DNA of 64,000 nt from Myxococcota bacterium (GTDB lineage: Bacteria > Myxococcota_A > UBA9160 > UBA4427): positions 176,524 to 240,523 of the forward strand of contig JASDVF010000063.1 in assembly GCA_041440805.1 (NCBI GenBank), in the 5' to 3' direction. The number at the start of each line of letters is the position of its first letter. The first letter of the stretch is position 1. Position numbers and translations under genes: made by a program. Below the pieces are notes generated by a model. It was not told the origin of the DNA. It made no database searches and worked only from the letters and a program-made list of their open reading frames with translations. This document shows positions 36,814 to 46,624 of the stretch, piece by piece.

Positions 36814-36931
36814 ATCAATCTCCTCGGGCTCGAATCGAATTCGCTGAGTACTACCCCCCGACCGAACCCAGCCACGACATAATGGGGCCTCCCTTTATGA
36901 GATGTTGATCAGATTTCGATTCCGACCCAAA

Positions 36932-37933
36932 TTAATCTTGCATCGCCTTCACGTGAGGCCAGACCTGATCCTCGAAGAGCCGAAGCCCAGACCAAGAGAG
37001 CGCTGGATCGAGACCGCCGAGAAGCGGCGTCAGGATAAACGTTCGATTCTTTCCAAGTCCTTGGATCATTTCGACGGCCTCTTCCGGACGGAGGCACAAA
37101 TAACTTCCGCTCGCGCGAAGGTCCTCGGTATTCACGCCGCCAGCAAAGGGCCCAGCCGCTTTGCCGAATGCCTCGATCGTCCATTTCGCATAGGACTCAA
37201 CGACGTGCTTCGCATGGGGAGCGATCTTCTCCCAATCGCCATCGGGGTCGTTCGTCACGTGCGTATAAATGGGGCCCAAAGCGCGGAAATGTTCGCCGGG
37301 ATCGGGCTTGCCAAGGTCGAGACAAGCCTGACGGTACGTGCGCCAATTTTCGCCTGCGGGTGGGTAGAAGCCATCTGCAATTTTGGCTGCCCTTCGTGCG
37401 ACGGCCTTGTGCGTTCCGCCTAAGAGTAGGCGCGGCGGAGGGTTGGGAATCGGGCGAACCGTTATGCTTCGGCCTTCGTAGTCAAAGGTTTCTCCGGACC
37501 ACGCTTTGCGCAGCACTTCGAATGCTTTCATGTAGAGCTCTTTGCGGTCCTCTCGGCGTTTCCCGAACATCTGGAATTCGTAGGGCACGTAACCCGCGCC
37601 TATAACGACTTCGAGTCGCCCGTCGCAGATGTATTGAAGTACAGAGAGATCCTCGGCCAATTTGACGGGCTCGTAGAGCGGTGCCAGTAGGACGTTAGGC
37701 CGGATCGTAATGCGCTTCGTGCGAGCGCCGATCGCTGCGGCCATAGGAATAGGGGAGGGCAGGTAGCCGTCGTCGGAGGCGTGATGTTCGCCGAGTCCGA
37801 TGGCATCGAATCCAATGGCATCCGCCCATTCGCATTGGTCGAGGGTGGCCGCATAAATTTCTCGGGCGGGAGTGCCGAAGGCCGGGGCGCGCATGTCGTA
37901 GCTAACTACAAATTCCATCGAAAACGTCCTCAT
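36932..37933 (-). CDS. LLM-class (luciferase-like) flavin-dependent oxidoreductase
   Basis: 333 aa. FDAIGLGEHHASDDGYLPSP..., GRLEVVIGAGY. Confidence 0.8.
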   Translation of the reverse strand: MRTFSMEFVVSYDMRAPAFGTPAREIYAATLDQCEWADAIGFDAIGLGEHHASDDGYLPSPIPMAAAIGARTKRITIRPNVLLAPLYEPVKLAEDLSVLQYICDGRLEVVIGAGYVPYEFQMFGKRREDRKELYMKAFEVLRKAWSGETFDYEGRSITVRPIPNPPPRLLLGGTHKAVARRAAKIADGFYPPAGENWRTYRQACLDLGKPDPGEHFRALGPIYTHVTNDPDGDWEKIAPHAKHVVESYAKWTIEAFGKAAGPFAGGVNTEDLRASGSYLCLRPEEAVEMIQGLGKNRTFILTPLLGGLDPALSWSGLRLFEDQVWPHVKAMQD

Positions 37934-38058
37934 CTCGGTCGGGTGTGACCAGACTCCGACGTTAGCCGGGCTGCGCGTCGCCGCGAGCTAGAAAGGAGCA
38001 CTGAGCGAGGAGCCACTTCTGCCGGAGATTCGATGAGATTGTCGACTCTCGCTCCCGA

Positions 38059-39336
38059 TCAAATTTCGCTGGCGACACCAAAATATTCTTGGAAGGGTCG
38101 GAATGCAGCGCGCAGAGCGGCGATTGTTTCGGCGTCACCTAGGTCGTAGTCATGCTTTCCGAATTTGTCCTTCGGCTTGTTTCGAATGTAATCGAGCATG
38201 GCGTTCTTCGAGCGCGACGAGAGAGGCATGCCGAGACCGCTGTAGAGCCTTTCGAGTTCTGTGTCGGGGTCGGCGAAGAACGCGAGATAGTCGACCGGGG
38301 AGATTCGATCTTTGGGAATCGATCCCGCTTCCATCCAATCGATCATATCTTCGAGGGTTTGATAGGACTGCTTCCCGTCTACCGATTTCCCAAACCCCTT
38401 CACGAGGGTCGAGTCGTCGCTTCGCATGTAGTAGAGGACGCCGCTGACGTCGACGACGGAAGCGGCGGACTTCACGGGGTCGCGCAGCATGAGAGCGAGT
38501 CGCGCATCGGGGTAGGCGTCGAAGAGCGCTGGGAGCACGGGTAGGTGGGTGGGGCCCTTAAGCAGCCAATGATGCGGCCGGCCGGTCGATTGCAAGATCT
38601 GCAGGATCTTCTTGTGCCACGCAAAAGCAGACGCGTGATCATTTTCTGCGACATAGCTCGTGTAGTTCGGAACATAGAAGGATGCAGAGAAGGCGTACGA
38701 CACGAAGGACGAGTAGGTGAACTCGATACATTCGACGGGAAGCTCAGGGCCGACCTTATGCATAGTCGCCCATTCCGGCGTGATGCGGTCTTGCAGGCCG
38801 ACGACGCCTCCCGCTTCCGCGATCCGTGGGTCAGGCTGAGCATCCCCGGGCGCCGGCGGCGGCACGGGGTATTTGGCTTCCCACATTCGAACCGTTCGAG
38901 CATCGGGATCCGCGCCGAGAATCTCTTGCATGATCGTTGTGCCGGAGCGCGGCAAGCCGATGATGAAGACGGGGGATTCGATTATTTCGTCTTCGACTTG
39001 TGGGTGACGCTTGATCCAGTCGATAACACGTAGTCGACCTTCTAGATGAATCAATAAATCGGAGCGGGTCATGATACGGCCGAAAAGATGTAAGTCCGCG
39101 GTCTCTTCGAGGTCCGAGAGCAGGATGCGAAAGGGTTCTATCCAATCGTCGTCCCCGAAATCGGAAAGCCCCGTGTTGTCGCAGGCCGCGCGAAGCAGCG
39201 ACTCCTCATCGAGGGGAACGACGCCTCGCGCATCGAGTTGTCGGCCTACGTCGATAAACTCGCGCGCCCATTCCGGGCGCGGCTTAGGCTGGTAGAGAAC
39301 GGCATTGCTGTCAATTTCGGATTTATTCTCAGCCAT
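38059..39336 (-). CDS. sulfotransferase family protein (PAPS-dependent)
   Basis: 425 aa. 5'-PSB loop VFIIGLPRSGTTIMQEILGADPD. Paralogous to 33664..34845. Confidence 0.8.
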   Translation of the reverse strand: MAENKSEIDSNAVLYQPKPRPEWAREFIDVGRQLDARGVVPLDEESLLRAACDNTGLSDFGDDDWIEPFRILLSDLEETADLHLFGRIMTRSDLLIHLEGRLRVIDWIKRHPQVEDEIIESPVFIIGLPRSGTTIMQEILGADPDARTVRMWEAKYPVPPPAPGDAQPDPRIAEAGGVVGLQDRITPEWATMHKVGPELPVECIEFTYSSFVSYAFSASFYVPNYTSYVAENDHASAFAWHKKILQILQSTGRPHHWLLKGPTHLPVLPALFDAYPDARLALMLRDPVKSAASVVDVSGVLYYMRSDDSTLVKGFGKSVDGKQSYQTLEDMIDWMEAGSIPKDRISPVDYLAFFADPDTELERLYSGLGMPLSSRSKNAMLDYIRNKPKDKFGKHDYDLGDAETIAALRAAFRPFQEYFGVASEI

Positions 39337-39414
39337 GGATGAGCCCCTCGCGCTATTCGCAATCTTAGGTAACCCACTAATTGAAGCAGCATGGGCGGTG
39401 GTCGCAAGAGCAGT

Positions 39415-41103
39415 CTATTGCGGGGCGGTGGACGCCCCTTTGACAGCGAACCCGAGAAGCATGAGCGCGACCACCCAGGCGAGAGTGGCCTGGACCGGGT
39501 CTCCGAAGAGCATCCATCCGGTCCCCGCAATCGTGGCGTAGATGCCGAGGGTCGCGGCGGCAACTTCGAACCAAGGGCGCCATCCGAGTGGTTTCAAAGG
39601 GAGCCCGGCGGCCTCGGCGACGGGAGCCCAGGCACCCGCCGGCCGAACGCGTTCATAGAAGCGCTGCAACACGTCGCTCGATTCAGGGGGCGTAAGCCAA
39701 GTCACTAGGAACGCGACGGGCAGCGAGAGAAACACGACGACGACGAGCGAAAACGGGAAGGCGAGATCCGTGAACACGTCTACAAAATTGGCGAAGACGA
39801 GAGATGCAGTCATGACCGCGATCTCGCTCCAAGCGTTGATTCGCCACCACAGCCACCTGAGCAAGAGGATGAGTCCCGTTCCCGCGCTGATCGTCGCGAG
39901 GAGTTTCCAGGCCTCGGCAACCGAGTCCATCGATAAGGTTGCGAGAGCCCCGATGGCGGCAAGTCCGATCACGCTCAAACGAGCGACAAGAACTTTGCGC
40001 GCTTCACTCGCATCGGGATTAATGAACCGCGTGTAGACGTCGTGTGTTAGGTAGGACGCGCCCCAGTTGAGCTGCGTATCGATCGTCGACATAAAGGCCG
40101 CGAGGAGCGACGCCAATAGAAGTCCGAGCACGCCCGTCGGAAGCACGTCGAGCATGACCCGGACATAGCCTTCTTCAGGGTCGGCGAGCTCCGGATACTG
40201 CACGACGGCGACGAGGCCGACCAGGATCCATGGCCAGGGGCGAATCGCGAAATGCGCGATTGCATACCAAAGCGAAGCAAGCCGAGCGTCGCGTTCGCTT
40301 CGCGTCGCCATGATGCGCTGGGCGGTATAGCCATTGCCTTCTGTGTTCCCGCTCGACCAACTCTTGATGCCGACATAGGCGAGGAATGCCCAGAATACTT
40401 CGCCATCGCCTGGGCGGGGGACAAGGCGGAGAAGGTCGCGCTCGCCTCCAAGGCGATCAATAAGTGAACTCAGGCCGCCCATGTCTGAAATTGCGAGCAC
40501 CGCAAGGAGCACCGATCCGGCAAGAGCGAGCCCGAATTGAAGAAAGTCGGTGAGGATGACGCCTAATAGTCCCGCCAAAAGCGTGTAGCCAACCGTCAAG
40601 GCGAAAAGGCCCGCGAGTACCCAAAGGCTCTGGTCTGGAGGAAGGTCGAAGGCGAGTGTAAGGATTTTGACCATCGCCAAATTGACCCAGCCCATGACGA
40701 GTGCATTTCGGAGAACTCCAAAATAGAGTGCGCGAAAAAGTCTTAGGGCGGCGGCGGGGCGGCCTCCGTAGCGGAGTTCGATGATCTCATTGTCGGTGAG
40801 GACGCCGCTGCGTTTCCAGAGATGGCTGACTATGAACGCGCCGATCACGACGGGCAAGACGTCGGCCCACCAGAACCAGTTGCCAATAATTCCGTCTGTG
40901 GCGACGAGGCCTGCGATCGCGAGCGGCGTGTCCGCGGCGAAGGTGGTGGCGACGATCGAAGTACCCGCGAGCCACCAAGGCAGCTTTCGGTCGGCGGCGA
41001 AGAACGCCTCTGTGCTCGCACCGGCGCTGCGGGCATGCCATGCCCCCCAGCCGAGGGCGACCGCGAGATAGGCGAGGATGATGCCGAGATCGATCGGGTT
41101 CAG
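39415..41103 (-). CDS. sodium:solute symporter (SSS) family transporter; start codon unresolved
   Basis: The track ORF begins at the TTG at 40857. The same frame is open a further 82 codons upstream and encodes a typical SSS N-terminus (LNPIDLGIILAYLAVALGWGAWHARSAGASTEAFFAADRKLPWWLAGTSIVATTFAADTPLAIAGLV...). No ATG, GTG or TTG occurs in that stretch. The CTG at 41103 sits 7 nt after AAGGA. Confidence 0.7.
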   Translation of the reverse strand: MNPIDLGIILAYLAVALGWGAWHARSAGASTEAFFAADRKLPWWLAGTSIVATTFAADTPLAIAGLVATDGIIGNWFWWADVLPVVIGAFIVSHLWKRSGVLTDNEIIELRYGGRPAAALRLFRALYFGVLRNALVMGWVNLAMVKILTLAFDLPPDQSLWVLAGLFALTVGYTLLAGLLGVILTDFLQFGLALAGSVLLAVLAISDMGGLSSLIDRLGGERDLLRLVPRPGDGEVFWAFLAYVGIKSWSSGNTEGNGYTAQRIMATRSERDARLASLWYAIAHFAIRPWPWILVGLVAVVQYPELADPEEGYVRVMLDVLPTGVLGLLLASLLAAFMSTIDTQLNWGASYLTHDVYTRFINPDASEARKVLVARLSVIGLAAIGALATLSMDSVAEAWKLLATISAGTGLILLLRWLWWRINAWSEIAVMTASLVFANFVDVFTDLAFPFSLVVVVFLSLPVAFLVTWLTPPESSDVLQRFYERVRPAGAWAPVAEAAGLPLKPLGWRPWFEVAAATLGIYATIAGTGWMLFGDPVQATLAWVVALMLLGFAVKGASTAPQ

Positions 41104-41116
41104 GACAACATCCTTG

Positions 41117-44100
41117 CTAGGTCAGATCCTGAGAAGGCCGGACTGTCCCACGGATAAGATCGATCATGCGGAGGGCGCGCTCCTCAGCCTTCGTGAAGAT
41201 CGCGTAACTCAGAGGAATCACGAAGAGCGTTCCAATCATGGCGAAGAGCAGCCCGAACGCGATTGCGGAAGCAAAGGGGCCGTAGCTCTTAGAGGAACCT
41301 TGGAGCCCAAGGGCCATGGGGAGAAGCGCGACGACTGTTGTCATGGTCGTGAGAATGACCGGGCGAAGCCGCTGAGCCCCGGCTTGGGCGACAGCGTCGA
41401 GCGTCGAGACGCCCTGACGGCGCGCGCGGTTGATGAAGTCGACAAGGACGAGTGCGTCGTTGACGACGACCCCTGCGAGTCCGACGGCGGCGTAGAGGAG
41501 ATTGAAGCTGACGCTGTACCCCATCACCATCACGCCGAAGACGATTCCTGCAAAACCTAGAGGGACGGCTGTGAGGACAATGAAGGGCTGTGTGTAACTC
41601 CTGAACAGGGTGGCCAGCAGCATGTAGATCAAGAGCAGCGCGACCGGGAAGGCAGCGATAGTATTCTCGATCGATTCGTTCGACTCTTGATACTCGCCTC
41701 CATAGACGAGGTCGACCTGTGGGAATCGGGTGCGAATATCCGCGAACTGAGCCTCAAGGTCTTCGTTGACGGAAATGCTAGTTGCTAGGTCATCATCGAC
41801 ATCAGCGAAGACCGCGACAGCGCGTTTCCCGTCGTGGCGCCGGTAGGCGAGATAGCCGCGTGTCACATTAAGCTGGGCCACATCGGCGAGCCGAACGAGC
41901 TGTCCTTCCGAACCGCGCACTTCGACCTCAAGAAGGTCGAGGATTCGGTCCCTTTGGCTGGGTTTGAGCAAGACGCGGATGTCGTCGTCCTCGACCGCAG
42001 ATGGGGAGCGGAAGCTCGAGGTCACCAAGCCGTCGTTCGCGCCGCGAAGCGCGCGGGCAAGGTCCTCGAAGGTGAGGCCGTACCCCGCCGCGCGCTCGTC
42101 GTCAATTTCGAGCCGAATTTCGCGGGGGCCTTCTTTTAGATTGTCATCGATCGCCGATACGCCGGGGATCGTCGCCAAATAGGCTTTGACTTCCTCAGCA
42201 ATATGTTTGTTGACGGCGAAGTCTTCGCCCTGGATGCGGACTTCGACAGGCCGACCGACCGGCGGTCCGTAACGTTCTGATTCGACACGCAGTGCGACGA
42301 TGTCGTCGGGATGTTCTGCGGCATACGCACCGAGTCGTTCCCTAACGCGCTGCAAGACATCTTGAGGGCGCAGCTGGTTCGCGTTGGTTTGGGGGATGGC
42401 TACCGAGGTGAGTGCAAGATTAGGCGCAAGGATTCGGTCGTAGTTGAGATCGACCGAGAGGCCGACAATCGTGTTGAAGTCGAGGATGTCTTCGTCGGAC
42501 ATCTCGAGGAGGAGCTTCTCGATTTCGAGAGTGACGGCGGACGTCCGCTCGAGGCTGAAGTCGGGTGGCGCTTCTACGCTGATGTTGAAGTTGGAAAACT
42601 CACCCGGGAAGAGTTCAAACTTGAGCCGCGTGCTGGCGGCAGCGGTCACGAAGAGCGCCATGGCGAGCAGCATGGCGAAGGCGAATCGATGCGTGAGGAT
42701 GGGGCGAAGAATCCAGAGATAGCCACGGCGCAGAGCGTCGAAGCCGCGGTCCATGGAGGTGCGTAGGCCCGCAAAAAAATGTTGAACACGTGCCCAGGGC
42801 GAAGCCCCTGCCGCGAGGGCATCGGGGCCAGAGCCAGCACCGCGCCGCGATCCGAAATGCAGGTAGTGGGCGGGAAGGATGAGGAGGCATTCGAAGAGCG
42901 AGGCCGCGAGGCAGACGACGACGCATTTGGGCATGACGGAAATGAACTTGCCGGCGGTTCCGCCCACGAGCAGAAGTGGGGCGAAGGCAGCGATCGTCGT
43001 GAGGACTGCGGCGGCGACGGGCCACAGCACTTCATTCGCGCCTTCGAGGACGGCTTGCTTCAGCTCGAGACCCTCTTCGATCTTTCGGTAGATATTCTCG
43101 AGCACGATAATTGCGTCGTCGACGAGCATTCCCGACACGAGGAGCATGCCAACTAACGTATTGGAATTGATGCTGATATCGAGCATGGGAAAGAAGATGA
43201 TCGCGGTCAGAAACGAGAACGGAATTGCGATGATCGTGAGCATCGCGTTCCGAAACCCGATCGTGAACCACAGGAGACCCGCGACGAGGAACATGCCCAT
43301 CAACAGGTTCTCGATCAGGACGCCAATCCGCGGCGTGACGAAGTCGGAGCTATCGAGGGTCGTATTGACTTTGATGCCCTCGGGCACGAGAGGCGCGAAC
43401 TCTTCGAGGAAGGCATCGACTCGGGCAACCACGTCCCGAACATCGGATTTGTCTTTTTTGCCGATCGAGACGATTGCTGCGGGCTCGCCGTTGTACCTCG
43501 TGATGAAGACCGGCTTTTCGAGATCGCGTTCAACCGTGGCGATATCGCGAACGCGAATTCGGGTGCCGTCTGCGGCTTCGCGTACGACGGTGTCTAGGAT
43601 TTGATCGGTTGAGGTGTAGTCGCCGATCGCTCGAAGCGTGGCTTCGCCAGAAGCGTCTTGGAATGTGCCCGCCGGAAGGTTTTGATTTTGTTGGCGGATA
43701 CGTTCGGCGACATCACTCACGGTAATGTCGTAGAGCGACGCGCGCGCTCGGTCGACTTCGACGCGCACCTCGCGGTCCTGCAAACCACGGATCTCGACGG
43801 TTGAAAGGCCTTGGAGGTCTCGTACCCGCGATTCGATTTCCTGCGCCACGTCTCGCAGGGCGAGTGGGCCGACGCCCCCTACATCTGTGATTGCAATAAA
43901 CACGACCGGAGAGACTTCGGCGGTGATGATCTCGCGGACCTTAGGCTCTTCCGCATCAAGGGGAAGGTCTTCGACCTGGTCGAGTGCGCCGCGGATATCA
44001 TTGACTGCGGATTCGTAGTCGACGCTCGTGAGATTCTCGTCGATGTCGAGACTGATCATGGAGACATTCGACTGCGACGCCGAACGCATTTCGTCGACGT

Positions 44101-44326
44101 CGCCAATCGTGAGAAATTCTTCTTCGAGCTTCGCGGTGACGAGTCGCTCGATCTCGTCGGCGGAAGCGCCGGTCCATTGAGTCGTGACGACGACCTGGTT
44201 GAGTGTCACATCGTGGAAGTACTCAACCTCGGTGAGTTGAAGCGCATTCCAGCCGCCAACCATGCAGACGACGAAAAGCACATTGACGAGCACTGTCTGC
44301 CGAACACTGAACTCGGGAAGCGTCAT
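41117..44326 (-). CDS. RND efflux transporter permease (AcrB/HAE family)
   Basis: 1069 aa. MTLPEFSVRQTVLVNVLFVVCMVGG... 12-TM RND topology with two large periplasmic loops. Confidence 0.9.
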   Translation of the reverse strand: MTLPEFSVRQTVLVNVLFVVCMVGGWNALQLTEVEYFHDVTLNQVVVTTQWTGASADEIERLVTAKLEEEFLTIGDVDEMRSASQSNVSMISLDIDENLTSVDYESAVNDIRGALDQVEDLPLDAEEPKVREIITAEVSPVVFIAITDVGGVGPLALRDVAQEIESRVRDLQGLSTVEIRGLQDREVRVEVDRARASLYDITVSDVAERIRQQNQNLPAGTFQDASGEATLRAIGDYTSTDQILDTVVREAADGTRIRVRDIATVERDLEKPVFITRYNGEPAAIVSIGKKDKSDVRDVVARVDAFLEEFAPLVPEGIKVNTTLDSSDFVTPRIGVLIENLLMGMFLVAGLLWFTIGFRNAMLTIIAIPFSFLTAIIFFPMLDISINSNTLVGMLLVSGMLVDDAIIVLENIYRKIEEGLELKQAVLEGANEVLWPVAAAVLTTIAAFAPLLLVGGTAGKFISVMPKCVVVCLAASLFECLLILPAHYLHFGSRRGAGSGPDALAAGASPWARVQHFFAGLRTSMDRGFDALRRGYLWILRPILTHRFAFAMLLAMALFVTAAASTRLKFELFPGEFSNFNISVEAPPDFSLERTSAVTLEIEKLLLEMSDEDILDFNTIVGLSVDLNYDRILAPNLALTSVAIPQTNANQLRPQDVLQRVRERLGAYAAEHPDDIVALRVESERYGPPVGRPVEVRIQGEDFAVNKHIAEEVKAYLATIPGVSAIDDNLKEGPREIRLEIDDERAAGYGLTFEDLARALRGANDGLVTSSFRSPSAVEDDDIRVLLKPSQRDRILDLLEVEVRGSEGQLVRLADVAQLNVTRGYLAYRRHDGKRAVAVFADVDDDLATSISVNEDLEAQFADIRTRFPQVDLVYGGEYQESNESIENTIAAFPVALLLIYMLLATLFRSYTQPFIVLTAVPLGFAGIVFGVMVMGYSVSFNLLYAAVGLAGVVVNDALVLVDFINRARRQGVSTLDAVAQAGAQRLRPVILTTMTTVVALLPMALGLQGSSKSYGPFASAIAFGLLFAMIGTLFVIPLSYAIFTKAEERALRMIDLIRGTVRPSQDLT

Positions 44327-45450
44327 CGTGCGATCACGCGCATGCCGTTGCGGAGCTGGCCTATTGCCGAGACCGCAACGCGCTGGTCTTCTTCGAGGCC
44401 CTTGGTGATTTCGATGTGGTGCGGCCGGAAGGGCACAGGCCGTGTTGAGACACGCACGCGCCTCGCAACATCGCCTTCATCGACGACGAAGACGTAGTCG
44501 AGTTCAAATTCTCGGAGGACAGATCGTGTCGGCAATCGGATCGCTGCGGTCGCACCGACTTCGAAGCGAACGTGGGCGAGCATGCCAGCGCGAATTTTCG
44601 CGCGGGCGTCATCTCCAAGCGTGTCGCGGTTGAGCGCGACGACGACGGGGTAGCGTTGGCCGCCATCCCGCGGCGCGCCACCAACTCGGGCAACCAGGCC
44701 ACCAAAATTGTCATTGCCTAGGGCGTCGATACGGACTCGGACCTTGTCGCCGGCTTGGATGACGCTGACTTGCCGATCTCCGACTAATACAGTCACTTCA
44801 AGGACGGAGAGGTCGAGGACTTCCGCGATCTGGGTGCCGGGTTGTACATAGGCACCTGGGTCTAGATCGAGAGAATTCACGAGACCATCGAAGGGCGCGA
44901 CAATTCGCGTGTGGGCGAGGCGCGTCTTTGCTTCGAGGAGTGCCGCGAAGGATCGGCGCTCCTCCGCCTTAGCTGCGTCGAGTACCGCCTCGCTCGCGAC
45001 GGACCGCCGGCCGAGCCTTTGCTGTCGCTCGAGCTCTGATTGAGCAAGTTGGTGGTTCGCCTCCGCTCGAATGAGTTCGGCTCGGGGGAGGGCTTCATCG
45101 ATCTGAACGATCAAAGCACCTTCCGCGATCGAGCCGAATTCCGTCGCGGGGACTGCGACGATGCGACCGGCGATTTCAGCGGCGACCCAAGTCGCGCGAA
45201 TCGGCTCGAGCATGCCGGAGAGTTCGACAATATCCGTCGAGCGTGCGGCACTGACGAGGACGACGTCGACCTCGAGGGTCGGGGCGGGTTCGGTCGCGCC
45301 TGCTTCGAGCGCGTTGGCGAGGCGTTCGTCTCTCTCGCGTGCTTTCGCTGCGCTGGGAGACGAATAGAAGCCCCACAGAGCGACGACGCCAAGGAGCGCA
45401 GCAGCAAGAAGAACGAGCGCGGGAGTCTTGCGAGAGGTGAGCCAACTCAT
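44323..45450 (-). CDS. RND efflux periplasmic adaptor (membrane fusion protein)
   Basis: 375 aa. N-terminal anchor, coiled-coil hairpin (LAQSELERQQRL...AEERRSFAALLEAKTRLAHT), then RIVAPFDGLV. ATGA overlap with the RND gene. Confidence 0.85.
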   Translation of the reverse strand: MSWLTSRKTPALVLLAAALLGVVALWGFYSSPSAAKARERDERLANALEAGATEPAPTLEVDVVLVSAARSTDIVELSGMLEPIRATWVAAEIAGRIVAVPATEFGSIAEGALIVQIDEALPRAELIRAEANHQLAQSELERQQRLGRRSVASEAVLDAAKAEERRSFAALLEAKTRLAHTRIVAPFDGLVNSLDLDPGAYVQPGTQIAEVLDLSVLEVTVLVGDRQVSVIQAGDKVRVRIDALGNDNFGGLVARVGGAPRDGGQRYPVVVALNRDTLGDDARAKIRAGMLAHVRFEVGATAAIRLPTRSVLREFELDYVFVVDEGDVARRVRVSTRPVPFRPHHIEITKGLEEDQRVAVSAIGQLRNGMRVIAR

Positions 45451-45802
45451 CAGCGAGAGTCTGCCCGATCACGCCCCACGAGGCATCCGGTTTGTGCAGA
45501 GAAGCGCGGGATCGGGGTGATGAGAGCTTTGGGCGCAGCGCGGCGGCTGCATCAATCGGAGGCTTTGAGCCTCGATAGAGGCGGTCGATCGCCGCTTCGG
45601 CCGAGGATCGAGATCGGCAAGCCCGTTTTGATTCGTTTTGGCGGCCAAGTCGGTCAACCATCTCGGGGGAATTTGTAGCGAAGCGAGGCCGACTTCAGCG
45701 AGTTAGGATCGATATGGTGTGACGCTGCGGAGAGCCGCAAAACGCACTCGACTCTCGAACCCCAGGGCCACTTTGTTAGGCCACTCTCAAAGAAGGAAGA
45801 CC

Positions 45803-46096
45803 ATGTCCGCGTATCTCATCGTGAACTACAACGTCGAAAACCCCGAGCGCTACGGCGAGTATTCCGCGGCAGCGGGTCCCGTTATGAAGATCGGCGACGT
45901 TGCCCAAATCGTCGCTTTCGACGGCGATAGCCAGAAGCTCGAGGGCTCGCCTGGCCACCAGACGATCGTGCTGAGCTTCGAGACGATGGAAGCAGCGAAG
46001 GAGATCTACGAATCCGGTGACTACCAAAAGCTAATTCCAGTACGTCACGAAGCGACATCGAATCATTTTGCCGTACTGATCAACGGCATCGGCTAG
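45803..46096 (+). CDS. DUF1330 domain protein
   Basis: Trimmed to the ATG at 45803, preceded by AGGAAG. MSAYLIVNYNVENPERYGEY...YESGDYQKL resembles the DUF1330 pattern. Confidence 0.7.
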   Translation: MSAYLIVNYNVENPERYGEYSAAAGPVMKIGDVAQIVAFDGDSQKLEGSPGHQTIVLSFETMEAAKEIYESGDYQKLIPVRHEATSNHFAVLINGIG

Positions 46097-46183
46097 CCAA
46101 GTCGCGGCGCTGCGGTCTTGGGATCGTAAGCGCCGCGCGGGCAGGCGGGACGGTAAACAAGTGAGCCGTCCAAGTAACTCTGA

Positions 46184-46545
46184 ACGCGGCCAGCCCCAGC
46201 GGAGATCAACGCGCTCGCGAACGCGGCCGGACATGTCGCGGAACTCGCCTACACGGGCAAGGACATTGATGCGGCGCGGGCCGAGAAGATTGGGCTCGTG
46301 AACGATGTGCATGCGGACCTCTAAGCGACCTACCAAGCGGCCTTCGAGATGGCGCTCGAGATCGCAGCCAATGCGCCACTCGCGGGACGAAGTTTGTACT
46401 CGAGAACGGCGAAGATCTCACCACGGAGCAGAGCCTTCTCTTGAATGGGATCTGAACCATGATCACGACGCTTAATTCACAGGATCTCGGCGAAGCCATG
46501 AAAGCATTCATGGAGAAACGACCGCCGGAGTTCAAGGGGCGCTAA
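46184..46545 (+). pseudogene. decayed C-terminal relic of an enoyl-CoA hydratase (crotonase) gene
   Basis: My translation gives ...AGHVAELAYTGKDIDAARAEKIGLVNDVHADL, then TAA (46322..46324). The same frame continues ATYQAAFEMALEIAANAPLA. A frameshift follows near 46383..46390, then RGTKFVLENGEDLTTEQSLLLNGI, then TGA (46453..46455), then TMITTLNSQDLGEAMKAFMEKRPPEFKGR and a stop. This is colinear with crotonase C-termini. The N-terminal half is absent. Confidence 0.6.
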
Positions 46546-46624
46546 TTCGCCGCCGGCGATTCACTCGCCGCCGGCCACCCCTACAAGGGCAGCCGGTTGC
46601 GAGGGCGTCGCTGTATCTTGATGA

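Noticed and set aside
43811-45678. Plus-strand ORFs 43811..44497 (228 aa) and 45040..45678 (212 aa)
   Set aside because: They are shadow frames opposite the RND permease and its adaptor.
46453-46455. In-frame TGA inside the crotonase-like reading frame, considered as a second Sec codon
   Set aside because: The same relic also has an in-frame TAA, a frameshift and no N-terminal half. The position is not a catalytic or redox site in crotonases. It is a pseudogene, not a selenoprotein.
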